Assembly: GCA_029564175.1 (NCBI GenBank)
Contig: JAKQQL010000110.1
Location: 56,151-120,150 of the forward strand
Length of the DNA: 64,000 bases
Direction of reading: 5' to 3'
Origin: Candidatus Cloacimonadota bacterium
Lineage (GTDB): Bacteria > Cloacimonadota > Cloacimonadia > Cloacimonadales > WRIO01
The translations under genes and the position numbers were made by a program. Positions 33,789 to 42,997 of the stretch are shown here, piece after piece. The notes under the pieces are model-generated. The model worked only from the letters and a program-made list of their open reading frames with translations, did no database searches and was not told the origin of the DNA. Position 1 is the stretch's first letter; the number at the start of each line of letters is the position of its first letter.

Positions 33789-34703
33789 ATGTCGAAAAAA
33801 GTAATTGTTCTATGTGGCGGATTTTCTGAAGAAAAGGAAGTCTCCAAAAAAAGTTCATCAGCAATATCAGGAGCATTAATTGATAATGGTTTTAATGTTG
33901 AGCTTGTTGATCCTGTAGATTTCTCATCTTATAGTGATCTGGTTAACTACATCAAACATAAAAATCCATATATCGTTTTTAATGGATTACATGGAGCAGA
34001 AGGTGAAGATGGAAGAATTCAATCTATTCTTTCTCTTGAAAAAATTCATTTTACCGGTTCCAAACATACAGGTAGTGCGATTGCCATGAATAAATATGTC
34101 TCTACATTGATTGCAAAATCTATAGGTGTTCCAAGTCCAAAACAAGTTCTTCTGACACAAAAAAGAAGTTTAACAGACGAAGAGATTGAAATGATAGGAT
34201 TACCACTGATTGTAAAACCAAACTCAAATGGATCATCCGTAGGAGTTCATATTGTCAAAGAGAAACAAAATTTAGAAAAAGCTGTAACAGATGCTTATCT
34301 TTATGATACTGAGGTACTCTGTCAGCAGTTTATTCCAGGTAGAGAGCTTACAGTAAGTGTTTTAGGTAATGAGGTATTACCTGTGGTAGAAATCATCCCA
34401 AATGAAGGTTTTTATGATTATACTAATAAATATACTAAAGGAAAAACATCTTATGTTTGTCCTGCAGATTTAAATGATAATGAAGTGCTTGTCATTCAAA
34501 AATTTGCCAAAGATATTTTCCATACTTGTTCTTGCTCAGTATATGGTCGGGTTGATTTTAGATATGATGGTAATCATTTTTATTTCCTAGAAATCAATAC
34601 CTTACCTGGAATGACTGAGTTAAGTTTAACCCCTATGGCTGCTAAAGCAGTTGGATTATCCTTTGATAGCTTGATTAAAAGAATTATTGAACTGTCAGTA
34701 TAG
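33789..34703 (+). CDS. ddl: D-alanine--D-alanine ligase
   Basis: GGFSEEKEVS, LHGAEGEDG, GSSVG, YDYTNKY and LEINTLPG. Confidence 0.96.
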   Translation: MSKKVIVLCGGFSEEKEVSKKSSSAISGALIDNGFNVELVDPVDFSSYSDLVNYIKHKNPYIVFNGLHGAEGEDGRIQSILSLEKIHFTGSKHTGSAIAMNKYVSTLIAKSIGVPSPKQVLLTQKRSLTDEEIEMIGLPLIVKPNSNGSSVGVHIVKEKQNLEKAVTDAYLYDTEVLCQQFIPGRELTVSVLGNEVLPVVEIIPNEGFYDYTNKYTKGKTSYVCPADLNDNEVLVIQKFAKDIFHTCSCSVYGRVDFRYDGNHFYFLEINTLPGMTELSLTPMAAKAVGLSFDSLIKRIIELSV

Positions 34704-34711
34704 TATAAATG

Positions 34712-34745
34712 AAAAAAAGAGGCGCTTAATCAGCGCCTCTTTATA
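34712..34745. terminator. Bidirectional intrinsic terminator between ddl and the hydrogenase-type operon
   Basis: AAAGAGGCGCT-taatc-AGCGCCTCTTT with A and T flanks. Confidence 0.85.
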
Positions 34746-34760
34746 TTATTGACTTAAATA

Positions 34761-36608
34761 TTAATATTCCAATGCTTCCTGAGCTAAGTCTTGAAGTTTC
34801 TTTTTCATATCGTCATGCATACCGGATTCTTTTGTGATTGCTTTCACAGGGCATACTTCCAGACAGTTACCACATTTTACGCAGTCAACCTGAGTGATTG
34901 TATATTTATCCTGACGACTTCCTGATATACATGAAACAGGACATCTTCTTGCACATAAAGAACAACCGATACACTTGTCTTTATTGATATTGAAGTGCAT
35001 TAAATCGAGACATACTTTTGCAGGGCAAGCCTGTTCATTAATATGTGCTTCATATTCTTCTCTGAAATATTTTATTGTGCTTAAAACAGGGTTTGGAGCT
35101 GATTGTCCAAGTCCACAAAGAGATAATTGTTTGATACTATTTCCAAGAGTAATCAACTCATCGATATCACCAGGTTTTCCTTTTCCTTTTGTGATTCTTT
35201 CCAGAATTTCATACATTTGTCTTAAACCAATACGGCATGGAGCGCATTTTCCACATGATTCATCAACAGAGAAGTCAAGGAAGAATTTTGCAATGTTGAC
35301 CATACAATTTGTGTCATTCATTACAATTACACCACCGGAGCCCATCATGGCACCTTTTTCTTTTAAAGTTTCATAATCAACTTTAACGTCAAGGTGATCA
35401 TTGGTTAGGCATCCGCCAGAAGGTCCGCCAAGCTGAACTGCTTTAAATTTGTGATCACCTACAATACCGCCACCGACTTCAAAGATAAGATCTTTGATTG
35501 TAATACCCATTGGTACTTCAACGAGACCAGTATTTTGAATATCACCTGTGAGTGCAAACACTTTGGTGCCTTTTGATGTTTCAGTTCCCATGCTCGCAAA
35601 CCAGTCAGTACCTTTTAAAAATATAGTTGCCAGATTACCCAGTGTTTCAACGTTGTTAACAAGGGTTGGTTTGCTCCATAAACCTTCATTGGCAGGGTAT
35701 GGTGGTTTTGGTAATGGTTGGCCTCTGCGTCCCATAATTGAAGCGATTAATGCCGTTTCTTCTCCACATACGAATGCTCCCGCACCAGTACGAACCTGAG
35801 CGTCAAAACAGAAATCAGTTCCAAGTATATTGTTACCCATGAGACCAAATTCTTTTGCTTGTTCAATCGCTAATTTGATTCGTTTGATAGCAAGCGGGTA
35901 TTCAGCTCTGATATAGAAGTAACCTTCTGAAGCACCAACAGCATAAGCCGCAAGCATCATTCCTTCAAGTACTCTGTGTGGATCACCTTCTAACAAAGAG
36001 CGATCCATGAAAGCACCTGGGTCACCCTCGTCAGCATTACATACAACGTATTTCTGATCACCTTTAGCGTTTCTAACAAACTGCCATTTCATACCAGTTG
36101 GGAAACCAGCACCGCCACGGCCTCTTAATCCAGATCGTTTAACGACTTCAATTGCTTCTTCCGGTGTACCATTCAGTGCATTGCCTAAGGCTTCATAACC
36201 GCCTAGAGCAATATATTCTTCAATTTTTTCTGGGTTTAAATAACCACAGTTTTCAAGAGCTACTTTTACCTGTTTTTGGTAGAAAGGAATTTCTTCCTTT
36301 GTAGCAAGTGCTTTGTCATCTTCCTGTTGCATTAAACGTTTAACAGGACGTCCTTTGATAAAGTGTTCATTTACGATTTCTTCTACATCTTCAGGCACGA
36401 CTTTTTTATAAAAAATTCCTTCAGGATAAACCATCATAACAGGACCAAAATCACATGGTCCCATACAACCTGTTTCAATGATGTTGATTTCATCAGAAAT
36501 GTTGTTTTGATGGAGTACTTCGATCATTCTTTCTTTGATACGAAGTGCACCTGCAGAAACGCATCCTGATCCACAGCAGATCAGGAGATCGATTCGCTTT
36601 GTTGGCAT
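34761..36608 (-). CDS. nuoF: NADH/FMN-binding diaphorase subunit (HydB/HndC/NuoF family, bifurcating type)
   Basis: N-terminal [2Fe-2S] cysteines, GLRGRGGAGFP, NADEGDPGAFMDR, CGEETAL, GGPSGG, CGKCAPCR and a C-terminal 2x[4Fe-4S] domain. Confidence 0.95.
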   Translation of the reverse strand: MPTKRIDLLICCGSGCVSAGALRIKERMIEVLHQNNISDEINIIETGCMGPCDFGPVMMVYPEGIFYKKVVPEDVEEIVNEHFIKGRPVKRLMQQEDDKALATKEEIPFYQKQVKVALENCGYLNPEKIEEYIALGGYEALGNALNGTPEEAIEVVKRSGLRGRGGAGFPTGMKWQFVRNAKGDQKYVVCNADEGDPGAFMDRSLLEGDPHRVLEGMMLAAYAVGASEGYFYIRAEYPLAIKRIKLAIEQAKEFGLMGNNILGTDFCFDAQVRTGAGAFVCGEETALIASIMGRRGQPLPKPPYPANEGLWSKPTLVNNVETLGNLATIFLKGTDWFASMGTETSKGTKVFALTGDIQNTGLVEVPMGITIKDLIFEVGGGIVGDHKFKAVQLGGPSGGCLTNDHLDVKVDYETLKEKGAMMGSGGVIVMNDTNCMVNIAKFFLDFSVDESCGKCAPCRIGLRQMYEILERITKGKGKPGDIDELITLGNSIKQLSLCGLGQSAPNPVLSTIKYFREEYEAHINEQACPAKVCLDLMHFNINKDKCIGCSLCARRCPVSCISGSRQDKYTITQVDCVKCGNCLEVCPVKAITKESGMHDDMKKKLQDLAQEALEY

Positions 36609-36619
36609 TTTGGATCCTC

Positions 36620-36985
36620 CTATTTTTCTGTTGAGATAATAAACTCTTTAACAGGATTACCGTTTACTAGATGTTCTACAACCACTTTTCTCGCTTTGTC
36701 AGCGGTCATATTTCCATAAGTAACACCAGGTTTTCCTTCTTCAATGACGTCCACAACCGGTTCCATTGATGAAAAACCTTTTTCTCCTGTTTGAGTAACC
36801 ACTACATCGGTTAAGCTACGGGTAGCAACTTCGTCTAAGAATGCTTTCATGACGTCTCTTGCACCCATGGCGATTCCAGAGGTCCCCATACCAACGATTA
36901 CTTTTACACGAACATTACTATTACGTAGTTTCATTTCCTGTTGCGCTTTTTCGCGAATCGCTTTAAGGTCTGCTAAAGTTTTCAT
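36620..36985 (-). CDS. Thioredoxin-like ferredoxin subunit (HydD/HndB homologue) with no cysteines
   Basis: VGMGTSGIAMGAR and QTGEKGFSSMEP..TYGN align to the HndB pattern; located just before hydB. Confidence 0.85.
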   Translation of the reverse strand: MKTLADLKAIREKAQQEMKLRNSNVRVKVIVGMGTSGIAMGARDVMKAFLDEVATRSLTDVVVTQTGEKGFSSMEPVVDVIEEGKPGVTYGNMTADKARKVVVEHLVNGNPVKEFIISTEK

Positions 36986-37557
36986 TAGAATTCCTCCAAT
37001 TTTATATTTTTTATACCCTCATTTAATGTTTCATTTAAATACTGTATTACATCCGGCCATGTAATCGGTATATCCCCAAGCTCCGATTTAATTATCCGAG
37101 TATCCAGTACAAATTCACTCATTTCATTATGTTTATGAATATGATATAATCTGATATTAAAATCAATATCAGAATGGCCTAAAATTGAACCTATCATAGT
37201 ATCCTGAACGTTACCCAAAGGCATACGGTCTATATGATCGTATTGAAATTCAGCCTTTAAACTGGTTCCTTCATTAATAACGGATGTCATTAAAAACATA
37301 CCGTTGCACCATTCAGCGTTCTGTTTGAATAAAGGGATACCCAACCCCACTTTTTTTTGTCTTTCTGATTTGGAAGTATAGAAGGGATTTTGGGCATTTT
37401 CAAGTGTCTGCTGATCCATGCCGGTTCCATCGTCATTAATTTCAATACTGATAACATTTTTAATCTCGTCAATACCAATGGTAATGTCAATTAACTGAGA
37501 GCTAGCTCTGGCAGAATTTTCAATAATATCGAGAATATGTAATGATAAATCCTGCAT
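36985..37557 (-). CDS. Stand-alone HATPase_c (histidine kinase-like) protein of hydrogenase operons
   Basis: LSLHILDIIENS, DDGTGM, PFYTSK, GLGIP and HIDRMPLG. Confidence 0.88.
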   Translation of the reverse strand: MQDLSLHILDIIENSARASSQLIDITIGIDEIKNVISIEINDDGTGMDQQTLENAQNPFYTSKSERQKKVGLGIPLFKQNAEWCNGMFLMTSVINEGTSLKAEFQYDHIDRMPLGNVQDTMIGSILGHSDIDFNIRLYHIHKHNEMSEFVLDTRIIKSELGDIPITWPDVIQYLNETLNEGIKNIKLEEF

Positions 37558-37568
37558 TTTAATACTTT

Positions 37569-38057
37569 CTATGCACGGTATTTGTTAATGATTTCTTTTA
37601 ATTTGTCACGATTATCAATACGTCCATAAGTATCTTCTCCAATAACAAAAACTGGAGCAAGTGAACATGCACCAACACAACGAACTGCTGATAATGAGAA
37701 CTGGCGATCTTCTGTAGTATCGCCGATCTGGATTCCCAATTCATCAGAGATCATCTGAAGAATTCTTGGTGCACCTTTTACAAAGCAAGCAGTACCTGTG
37801 CATACATTGATAATGTGTTTTCCACGGGGTTTCATTGAGAAGAAGTTATAAAAAGTGACGACACCATAAACCTGGCTAACCGGAATGCCGAGTTCTCTGG
37901 CAACGTATTCCTGTACTTCAACAGGCAGATATCCAAATATTTCCTGAGCCTGATGAAGGATCTCAATAAGTGGATTAGTAAGCTGTTTTTTTTCATCAAT
38001 GACTTTTTGTAGCTTTTCGTATAAGCTGTTTGTGTCATTTTCTGTTGCGTTACACAT
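37569..38057 (-). CDS. nuoE: [2Fe-2S] subunit (HydC/HndA/NuoE family)
   Basis: LHQAQEIFGYLP, YGVVTFY, CTGTACFVKG and CVGACSLAP. Confidence 0.95.
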   Translation of the reverse strand: MCNATENDTNSLYEKLQKVIDEKKQLTNPLIEILHQAQEIFGYLPVEVQEYVARELGIPVSQVYGVVTFYNFFSMKPRGKHIINVCTGTACFVKGAPRILQMISDELGIQIGDTTEDRQFSLSAVRCVGACSLAPVFVIGEDTYGRIDNRDKLKEIINKYRA

Positions 38058-38080
38058 TTTTCCTCCTGATATTCTTTTAT

Positions 38081-38818
38081 TTATGAAATGATTTTTCTTC
38101 CATCTAAGCCTGTACAGGCTTTTCTAATTTCTGCCACAGTAGGCTCATTTATATAGAACTTTGAGTAGCCTGATGCGATATCCTGAGGATAATGAGCATC
38201 GGAACTTCTCACTAAAGTATATTTTTTTAAAGCAGGGTATTTTGTAAACAAATTTTCCACATTACATTTAGCACTGATTCCAATTGCTTTAAAATCAGGG
38301 TATTCAGGCATAAATCCTAATTGCGCTAAAATACTGAATGAAGTAGCATCTTCATGAGCCGGATAACAAAACCCATTGTATTCTGTGACTTTTTCATAAG
38401 TTTCATCCAAAGTCCACATTGATGAGTTAATCAATGCTTTTTCTTCAAATCCGATAATTTCGTCATTTTCGCCTATTATTACCTGGTCACCAAAATAATC
38501 AGGATCATTTTTCATAGGCAACAGAGAATCATACAATTCATTCTGGAATGCATAGCCCTCTCTATGAGTATCAAAAAAAGCCAGAATATGAATTTCTTCC
38601 TGAGTTTGGATTTCGACACCCATGAGACAAGTTAATCCAGCTTCTAATGCTTTATGATAATATGCTTTAAAATTTAACATCCGATTATGATCAGTAATCG
38701 CAAAAATTTCAATATTCTTTTCTAACAAGGCATTAATAACAGTCTGAGGTGACATGTCAAGGTCTCCACAGGGAGATAATACAGAATGAATATGAAGATC
38801 TGCATTATACCATTTCAT
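38081..38818 (-). CDS. PHP-domain phosphoesterase
   Basis: DLHIHS..SPC, AITDHN, EEIH and SSDAH. Confidence 0.92.
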   Translation of the reverse strand: MKWYNADLHIHSVLSPCGDLDMSPQTVINALLEKNIEIFAITDHNRMLNFKAYYHKALEAGLTCLMGVEIQTQEEIHILAFFDTHREGYAFQNELYDSLLPMKNDPDYFGDQVIIGENDEIIGFEEKALINSSMWTLDETYEKVTEYNGFCYPAHEDATSFSILAQLGFMPEYPDFKAIGISAKCNVENLFTKYPALKKYTLVRSSDAHYPQDIASGYSKFYINEPTVAEIRKACTGLDGRKIIS

Positions 38819-38830
38819 ATTTTTAATAGA

Positions 38831-39175
38831 TTAACCTTGTAATAACTGATACAATCTGCCAGCAATTTCAAAAGTGGATAATGAACTCTTAATCAGACAA
38901 ATATTTTCATCGTTTGCTTTGTTAATAACGGCTTCATCAGGATTAACATTATTTGCAAAACAGACACAGCTCATGTTAGCAAGTGCTGCTACAGCAATGA
39001 CATTAAGATGTTTCATGATAGTGATCCAAACCTGATTTTCTCTTGCATTACCCATAACATCACTCAATAAGTCTGAAACGTATCCTCCTTCGATCGTTAT
39101 TGATACAAGATCTTGATGGTTTGTTAATACTTCTCCGGTAACAGCTTCTACTAATTGTTTGGCATTTACGGTCAT
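38831..39175 (-). CDS. DRTGG-domain protein
   Basis: GGYVSDLLSDVM, VWITIMKHLNVIAVA and STFEIAGRLY. Confidence 0.88.
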   Translation of the reverse strand: MTVNAKQLVEAVTGEVLTNHQDLVSITIEGGYVSDLLSDVMGNARENQVWITIMKHLNVIAVAALANMSCVCFANNVNPDEAVINKANDENICLIKSSLSTFEIAGRLYQLLQG

Positions 39176-39185
39176 AATTCCTTCT

Positions 39186-40460
39186 TTACTCTTCGTTTTT
39201 ATCTATGTTTTTTTTCAATAAAATGACACAATTATCAATACTGGCTCTACCTTGAACTATATCTTCTGCAAGTGCTCTACAATTTGGAGAACCACAAGCT
39301 CCGCAATCTATTAAGGGCAGTTGAGCCATGATTTCCTGTAATTTTTTCATTTTTAGAATAGCTTGCTTGATATCTTTATCCAATTCCATGATTGAGCGGG
39401 GTTCCAGAGGTAATACATCAAATGTCCCATCTAAATAACAGGAAAAACAGGAATCTAACTCATGATCCTCATCTTTGGCATCACGAATTAAAACATGGAT
39501 TCTGCTTCTTGCAATAAATGGATTTTCAACGTTTAAGACCCCTCCAACACAACCATTGGTGCAACTTCTCAAGACAATATAATCGTACTGATCTAATATA
39601 TGATTCTCCACTTTTTGAAGTATCTCAATCACATTGTCAATACCACTTACGGCTAAAGTGCGAATTTGCTGGTTGCCAACTTCATCTGCTTCATGTCCTG
39701 ATAAAGCACGTGTTAAACCTCTTTCATGAGTTGTAACAGGAATATCCAAAGATTTAATATAGGGTAATTTATCGCGAACTGCAGTATATACATCTCTTAT
39801 CGCAATTGCACCTTCCTGAATTCTTTTATAAGCGCCTTCAGGCTGATGAACAGCCGTAACCTGAGAGATACAGGGGACAATCAGAAAAATGCCGATTTGA
39901 TCTGGATTTATACCTTTTTCAATACATATTTTATCCCTATAGTACATGGAAAGGACACTCATTGGGGCTTCAATATGGAAAATATTAGGTAAAAGAGATG
40001 GAAACCTTACCTGGATCAAACGTATGACTGCAGGACAGTTGCTTGATAAAATCGGACGTACTTCTTTGTTTGTCGTAATGTAATGTTGTTTGATACGAGT
40101 CATCACTTCACTTGCCATTGATTCTTCAATGACCATATCAAAACCAATATAATAAAGTGCTTTAATGGTTGTAGAATAATCGATATCTTCGGTAAATTGT
40201 CCTGCATAAGAAGCTGATACAATGGCTACTTTGTATTCATACCGATTGATTTGATTTAAAGAATCTGATGTTGGAATAATCGCATCAAAGGGACAAACAC
40301 TAATACATTTACCACAATCTACACATCGGGCTTCATCCATATGAACTATCCCATCTCTGATTCTTAAAGCTTCTGTCGGACAGATTCTTACACAATGCAT
40401 ACAACCTTTGCATTTGTCATTCAGTAGTTGAATCGCATGAAAATATCGTTTTTCGTCCAT
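39186..40460 (-). CDS. [FeFe]-hydrogenase-like Fe-S protein (sensory/ancestral group; degenerate H-cluster motifs)
   Basis: N-terminal 2x[4Fe-4S]; SSNCPAV, VPCISQ and RSCTNGCVGG; C-terminal DCGACGSPNC FeS domain. Confidence 0.85.
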   Translation of the reverse strand: MDEKRYFHAIQLLNDKCKGCMHCVRICPTEALRIRDGIVHMDEARCVDCGKCISVCPFDAIIPTSDSLNQINRYEYKVAIVSASYAGQFTEDIDYSTTIKALYYIGFDMVIEESMASEVMTRIKQHYITTNKEVRPILSSNCPAVIRLIQVRFPSLLPNIFHIEAPMSVLSMYYRDKICIEKGINPDQIGIFLIVPCISQVTAVHQPEGAYKRIQEGAIAIRDVYTAVRDKLPYIKSLDIPVTTHERGLTRALSGHEADEVGNQQIRTLAVSGIDNVIEILQKVENHILDQYDYIVLRSCTNGCVGGVLNVENPFIARSRIHVLIRDAKDEDHELDSCFSCYLDGTFDVLPLEPRSIMELDKDIKQAILKMKKLQEIMAQLPLIDCGACGSPNCRALAEDIVQGRASIDNCVILLKKNIDKNEE

Positions 40461-40468
40461 ATATCGTC

Positions 40469-40960
40469 CTAATCAAAAAATATGATAATCTCTAGTAGAG
40501 TGTTTTTACCTTCTTCTGAATCAATATGCATTACATCTGAATTTTTTTTTATATTGGGTAAACCCAATCCTGCACCAAACCCCATTTCTCTGACTAAATC
40601 ATCTGCAGTTGACCAGCCCGGTTCTAATGCTTTTTCAATGCTTTTAATTCCTGGTCCTGAATCATTGAATACGATATGAACACAGTTAAGATAAATATTG
40701 CATATTATTTTACCACCTAAAGAATGGGCAGTTATATTGATTTCTGCTTCGTAGGAGGCAATCGCAACCCTTCGTAATATCTCCGGATTGACACCTAAAC
40801 GTTTTAACATTAGTTTTATTTCCGAAGACGCTTTTCCTGAATTAATAAAATCCTTATGTCCTACCTCATAGGATATTGACATTTCTGGTTCTGGTTTTTC
40901 TTGTAAAAAGGAATCATGTCTTGCCTGAATTGATTCAACGATATTCCAGTATTCAGCCAT
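40469..40960 (-). CDS. Anti-sigma-factor-type Ser/Thr kinase (RsbT/RsbW-like)
   Basis: YEAEINITAH, DSGPGI and GWST..REMGFGAGLGLPNI. Confidence 0.9.
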   Translation of the reverse strand: MAEYWNIVESIQARHDSFLQEKPEPEMSISYEVGHKDFINSGKASSEIKLMLKRLGVNPEILRRVAIASYEAEINITAHSLGGKIICNIYLNCVHIVFNDSGPGIKSIEKALEPGWSTADDLVREMGFGAGLGLPNIKKNSDVMHIDSEEGKNTLLEIIIFFD

Positions 40961-40961
40961 A

Positions 40962-41309
40962 TTAAATTTTACAACTCCTTAAACCGGTATTATATAAAAT
41001 GCCTGCCGATTTGTAGAGTGTAAATTTCGTAGTAATTAATGGTAAATCTCTTTCAATTGCCATTTCAATCAAATCTTCTGAAGGTTTTTTCCCTCTCACA
41101 AAAACAATGCCTAATAAATCAATCATGTCAGATAAGCGGATAACTTGCGGGTTGGTGAGTCCTGTTAACAGTAAAGTAGCTTCCTTAGTACACATCAGAA
41201 TGTCACTAATCAAATCTGAACCAAAGGCACATGTAATTTCACGGTCTAAATGATCAGTTTCCGTAAGAAGTTCGCCTTCCAGTAGTTCAACGAGTTCTCT
41301 TAATTTCAT
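40962..41309 (-). CDS. DRTGG-domain protein
   Basis: FGSDLISDIL, LLLTGLTNPQVIR and VFVRGK. Confidence 0.88.
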   Translation of the reverse strand: MKLRELVELLEGELLTETDHLDREITCAFGSDLISDILMCTKEATLLLTGLTNPQVIRLSDMIDLLGIVFVRGKKPSEDLIEMAIERDLPLITTKFTLYKSAGILYNTGLRSCKI

Positions 41310-41340
41310 ATACTGCCCTCATTATAATATTTTTTTTGCT

Positions 41341-41369
41341 AATTTATAATAATTGTGATTAATAGTCAA
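41341..41369 (-). promoter_or_regulatory. Probable sigma70 promoter of the hydrogenase-type operon
   Basis: Minus strand TTGACT-N17-TAAATT. Confidence 0.5.
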
Positions 41370-41459
41370 GTTAAAAATGTATTTTTTTCACAAATTTTTA
41401 AAAATAGTCTGTTGTATGGTTTTCAAAAACTCTAAAGAATCAAAAAAATGAATCTTTTC

Positions 41460-41488
41460 TTGACAAGATTTCTTTCATTTCTTAAAAT
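41460..41488 (+). promoter_or_regulatory. Probable sigma70 promoter
   Basis: TTGACA-N17-TAAAAT; supports the ATG at 41520 rather than 41448. Confidence 0.65.
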
Positions 41489-41519
41489 AGTACTATACTT
41501 AAAATTCAGGGGGTTGATT

Positions 41520-42302
41520 ATGAAAAGCAAGACTGTTGATTTATACTATTTTTCTGGAACGGGAAATACTTATATTGTTACAAAACATATTGCTTCATTA
41601 CTGGAAAAAAACAGTTACAAGGTCAATTTATACTGTCTTGAAAAGGCAAATCCTGCCTCTGTAAATCTAAATCACTCAATAGGTCTGGCGATGCCAACAG
41701 CTTATTTTTCAACTTATCCCTTTGTTTGGGATTTTATCAATCAATTACCTCGAACCAATGGTACAGATTTGTTTATGATAACTACAATGGCTGGTATGGT
41801 TGGTGCTTTAACAATGCAGGTTAAAAAAATAATCCAAAAAAAAGGTTATTATCCATTAGGCGCTGAAGCTTTTATCATGCCATCGAATTTAAGCAAGAAC
41901 GCAAATGAAAGTGCTAAATTGGAAAATCTCAAACATAAAGCAGAGATAAGGGCTGTACATTTTGTTGAAGGACTGATAAACCGAAAAGCAAAATGGTCTT
42001 ACAATATCTTTTCTGCTGTTCCTTTTGACTTAGTTTATAAACTGGCAAATCCTCCCAAGCGTTTTAGGAAATGGTATCCGGTTAATGTTGACACAAGTCG
42101 TTGTATTCAATGCAATATATGCTATCAGGCTTGTCCGGCAGATAATATCAGAATGTATGAATTTCCAAGATTTGAAGATAATTGCCAAATGTGCATGCGT
42201 TGTTTTTCTTTTTGTCCGGTTCAGGCTATTTATTTCAAAAATACAAGTTATCTGCCCTACCATTCAGTGGAGATTGATGAAATAATGCAAACAGGCAAGT
42301 AG
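41520..42302 (+). CDS. EFR1-family flavodoxin-ferredoxin fusion
   Basis: YFSGTGNT flavodoxin motif and MPSN; CIQCNICYQACP and CQMCMRCFSFCP. Confidence 0.9.
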   Translation: MKSKTVDLYYFSGTGNTYIVTKHIASLLEKNSYKVNLYCLEKANPASVNLNHSIGLAMPTAYFSTYPFVWDFINQLPRTNGTDLFMITTMAGMVGALTMQVKKIIQKKGYYPLGAEAFIMPSNLSKNANESAKLENLKHKAEIRAVHFVEGLINRKAKWSYNIFSAVPFDLVYKLANPPKRFRKWYPVNVDTSRCIQCNICYQACPADNIRMYEFPRFEDNCQMCMRCFSFCPVQAIYFKNTSYLPYHSVEIDEIMQTGK

Positions 42303-42355
42303 AATTATGATTAGCAACTTATTTTGTTTTAACACGATAATAATAAGAAGGTAAT

Positions 42356-42997
42356 ATGGCTTTTTTAAAAAAGGTACAAGTTTTAGAATTAAAAATAGAT
42401 GAATTTTTAAACTTAGTTAGTGAAAGTGGCATACTATTTTCTCAGGTTGTATCTCTTTATCTATCCAATCAGATCAGCTTGATGGAAGAAAAATGTGAAC
42501 GGATTCGAACCCATGAAAGAACTGCTGATGAATACAGAAAAAATATCGAAGAACATTTATACCGGCATACTCTGATTCCTGAGAATAGGGGAGATGTACT
42601 AGCAATTCTTGAGAATACAGATGACGTAATCAATCAAATCAAATCTTCTGCATTGGATTTGTTGACTGAAAAACCAGAAATACCAGAATTTATAAATCAA
42701 TATGTTACGATGTTGGCTCAATCGAATGCACATGCTGTTGAGGAAGTGATTAAGGCAGTCAGAGCTTTCTTTCACAATATCCATTCGGTTAATGATTATG
42801 CTCATAAAGTGTTCTTTTATGAAAAAGAAGTCGATGAACTTGGGGAAAAAATACGAAAAGAAATATTTGCTTCAAAGATAGAACTAGCCAGAAAATTACA
42901 TTTGAAGCAAATTCTGCTTGAAATGGAATTAGTATCTGATTATTGTCAGAATGTGTGTGACCGTTTGATTATTTATACGATAAAACGACAATTGTAA
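42356..42997 (+). CDS. DUF47 (PhoU-like) phosphate transport regulator
   Basis: HERTADEYR and YEKEVDEL repeats; coupled to the PiT gene. Confidence 0.88.
   Translation: MAFLKKVQVLELKIDEFLNLVSESGILFSQVVSLYLSNQISLMEEKCERIRTHERTADEYRKNIEEHLYRHTLIPENRGDVLAILENTDDVINQIKSSALDLLTEKPEIPEFINQYVTMLAQSNAHAVEEVIKAVRAFFHNIHSVNDYAHKVFFYEKEVDELGEKIRKEIFASKIELARKLHLKQILLEMELVSDYCQNVCDRLIIYTIKRQL

Noticed and set aside
34761..41309. Selenocysteine recoding or frameshift hiding HydA or the missing Cys ligands
   Set aside because: No in-frame TGA at ligand positions, all ORFs are intact, and there is no room for hydA before the terminator.
41335..41395. Rex operator upstream of the hydrogenase-type operon
   Set aside because: Only half-sites (TTGTGA, TTCACAA) without correct palindromic spacing.
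41448..41519. Upstream extensions of ORF-track starts (also 555, 15898, 23603, 63461)
   Set aside because: They overlap promoters or upstream genes; downstream ATGs have better RBSs and match family N-termini.
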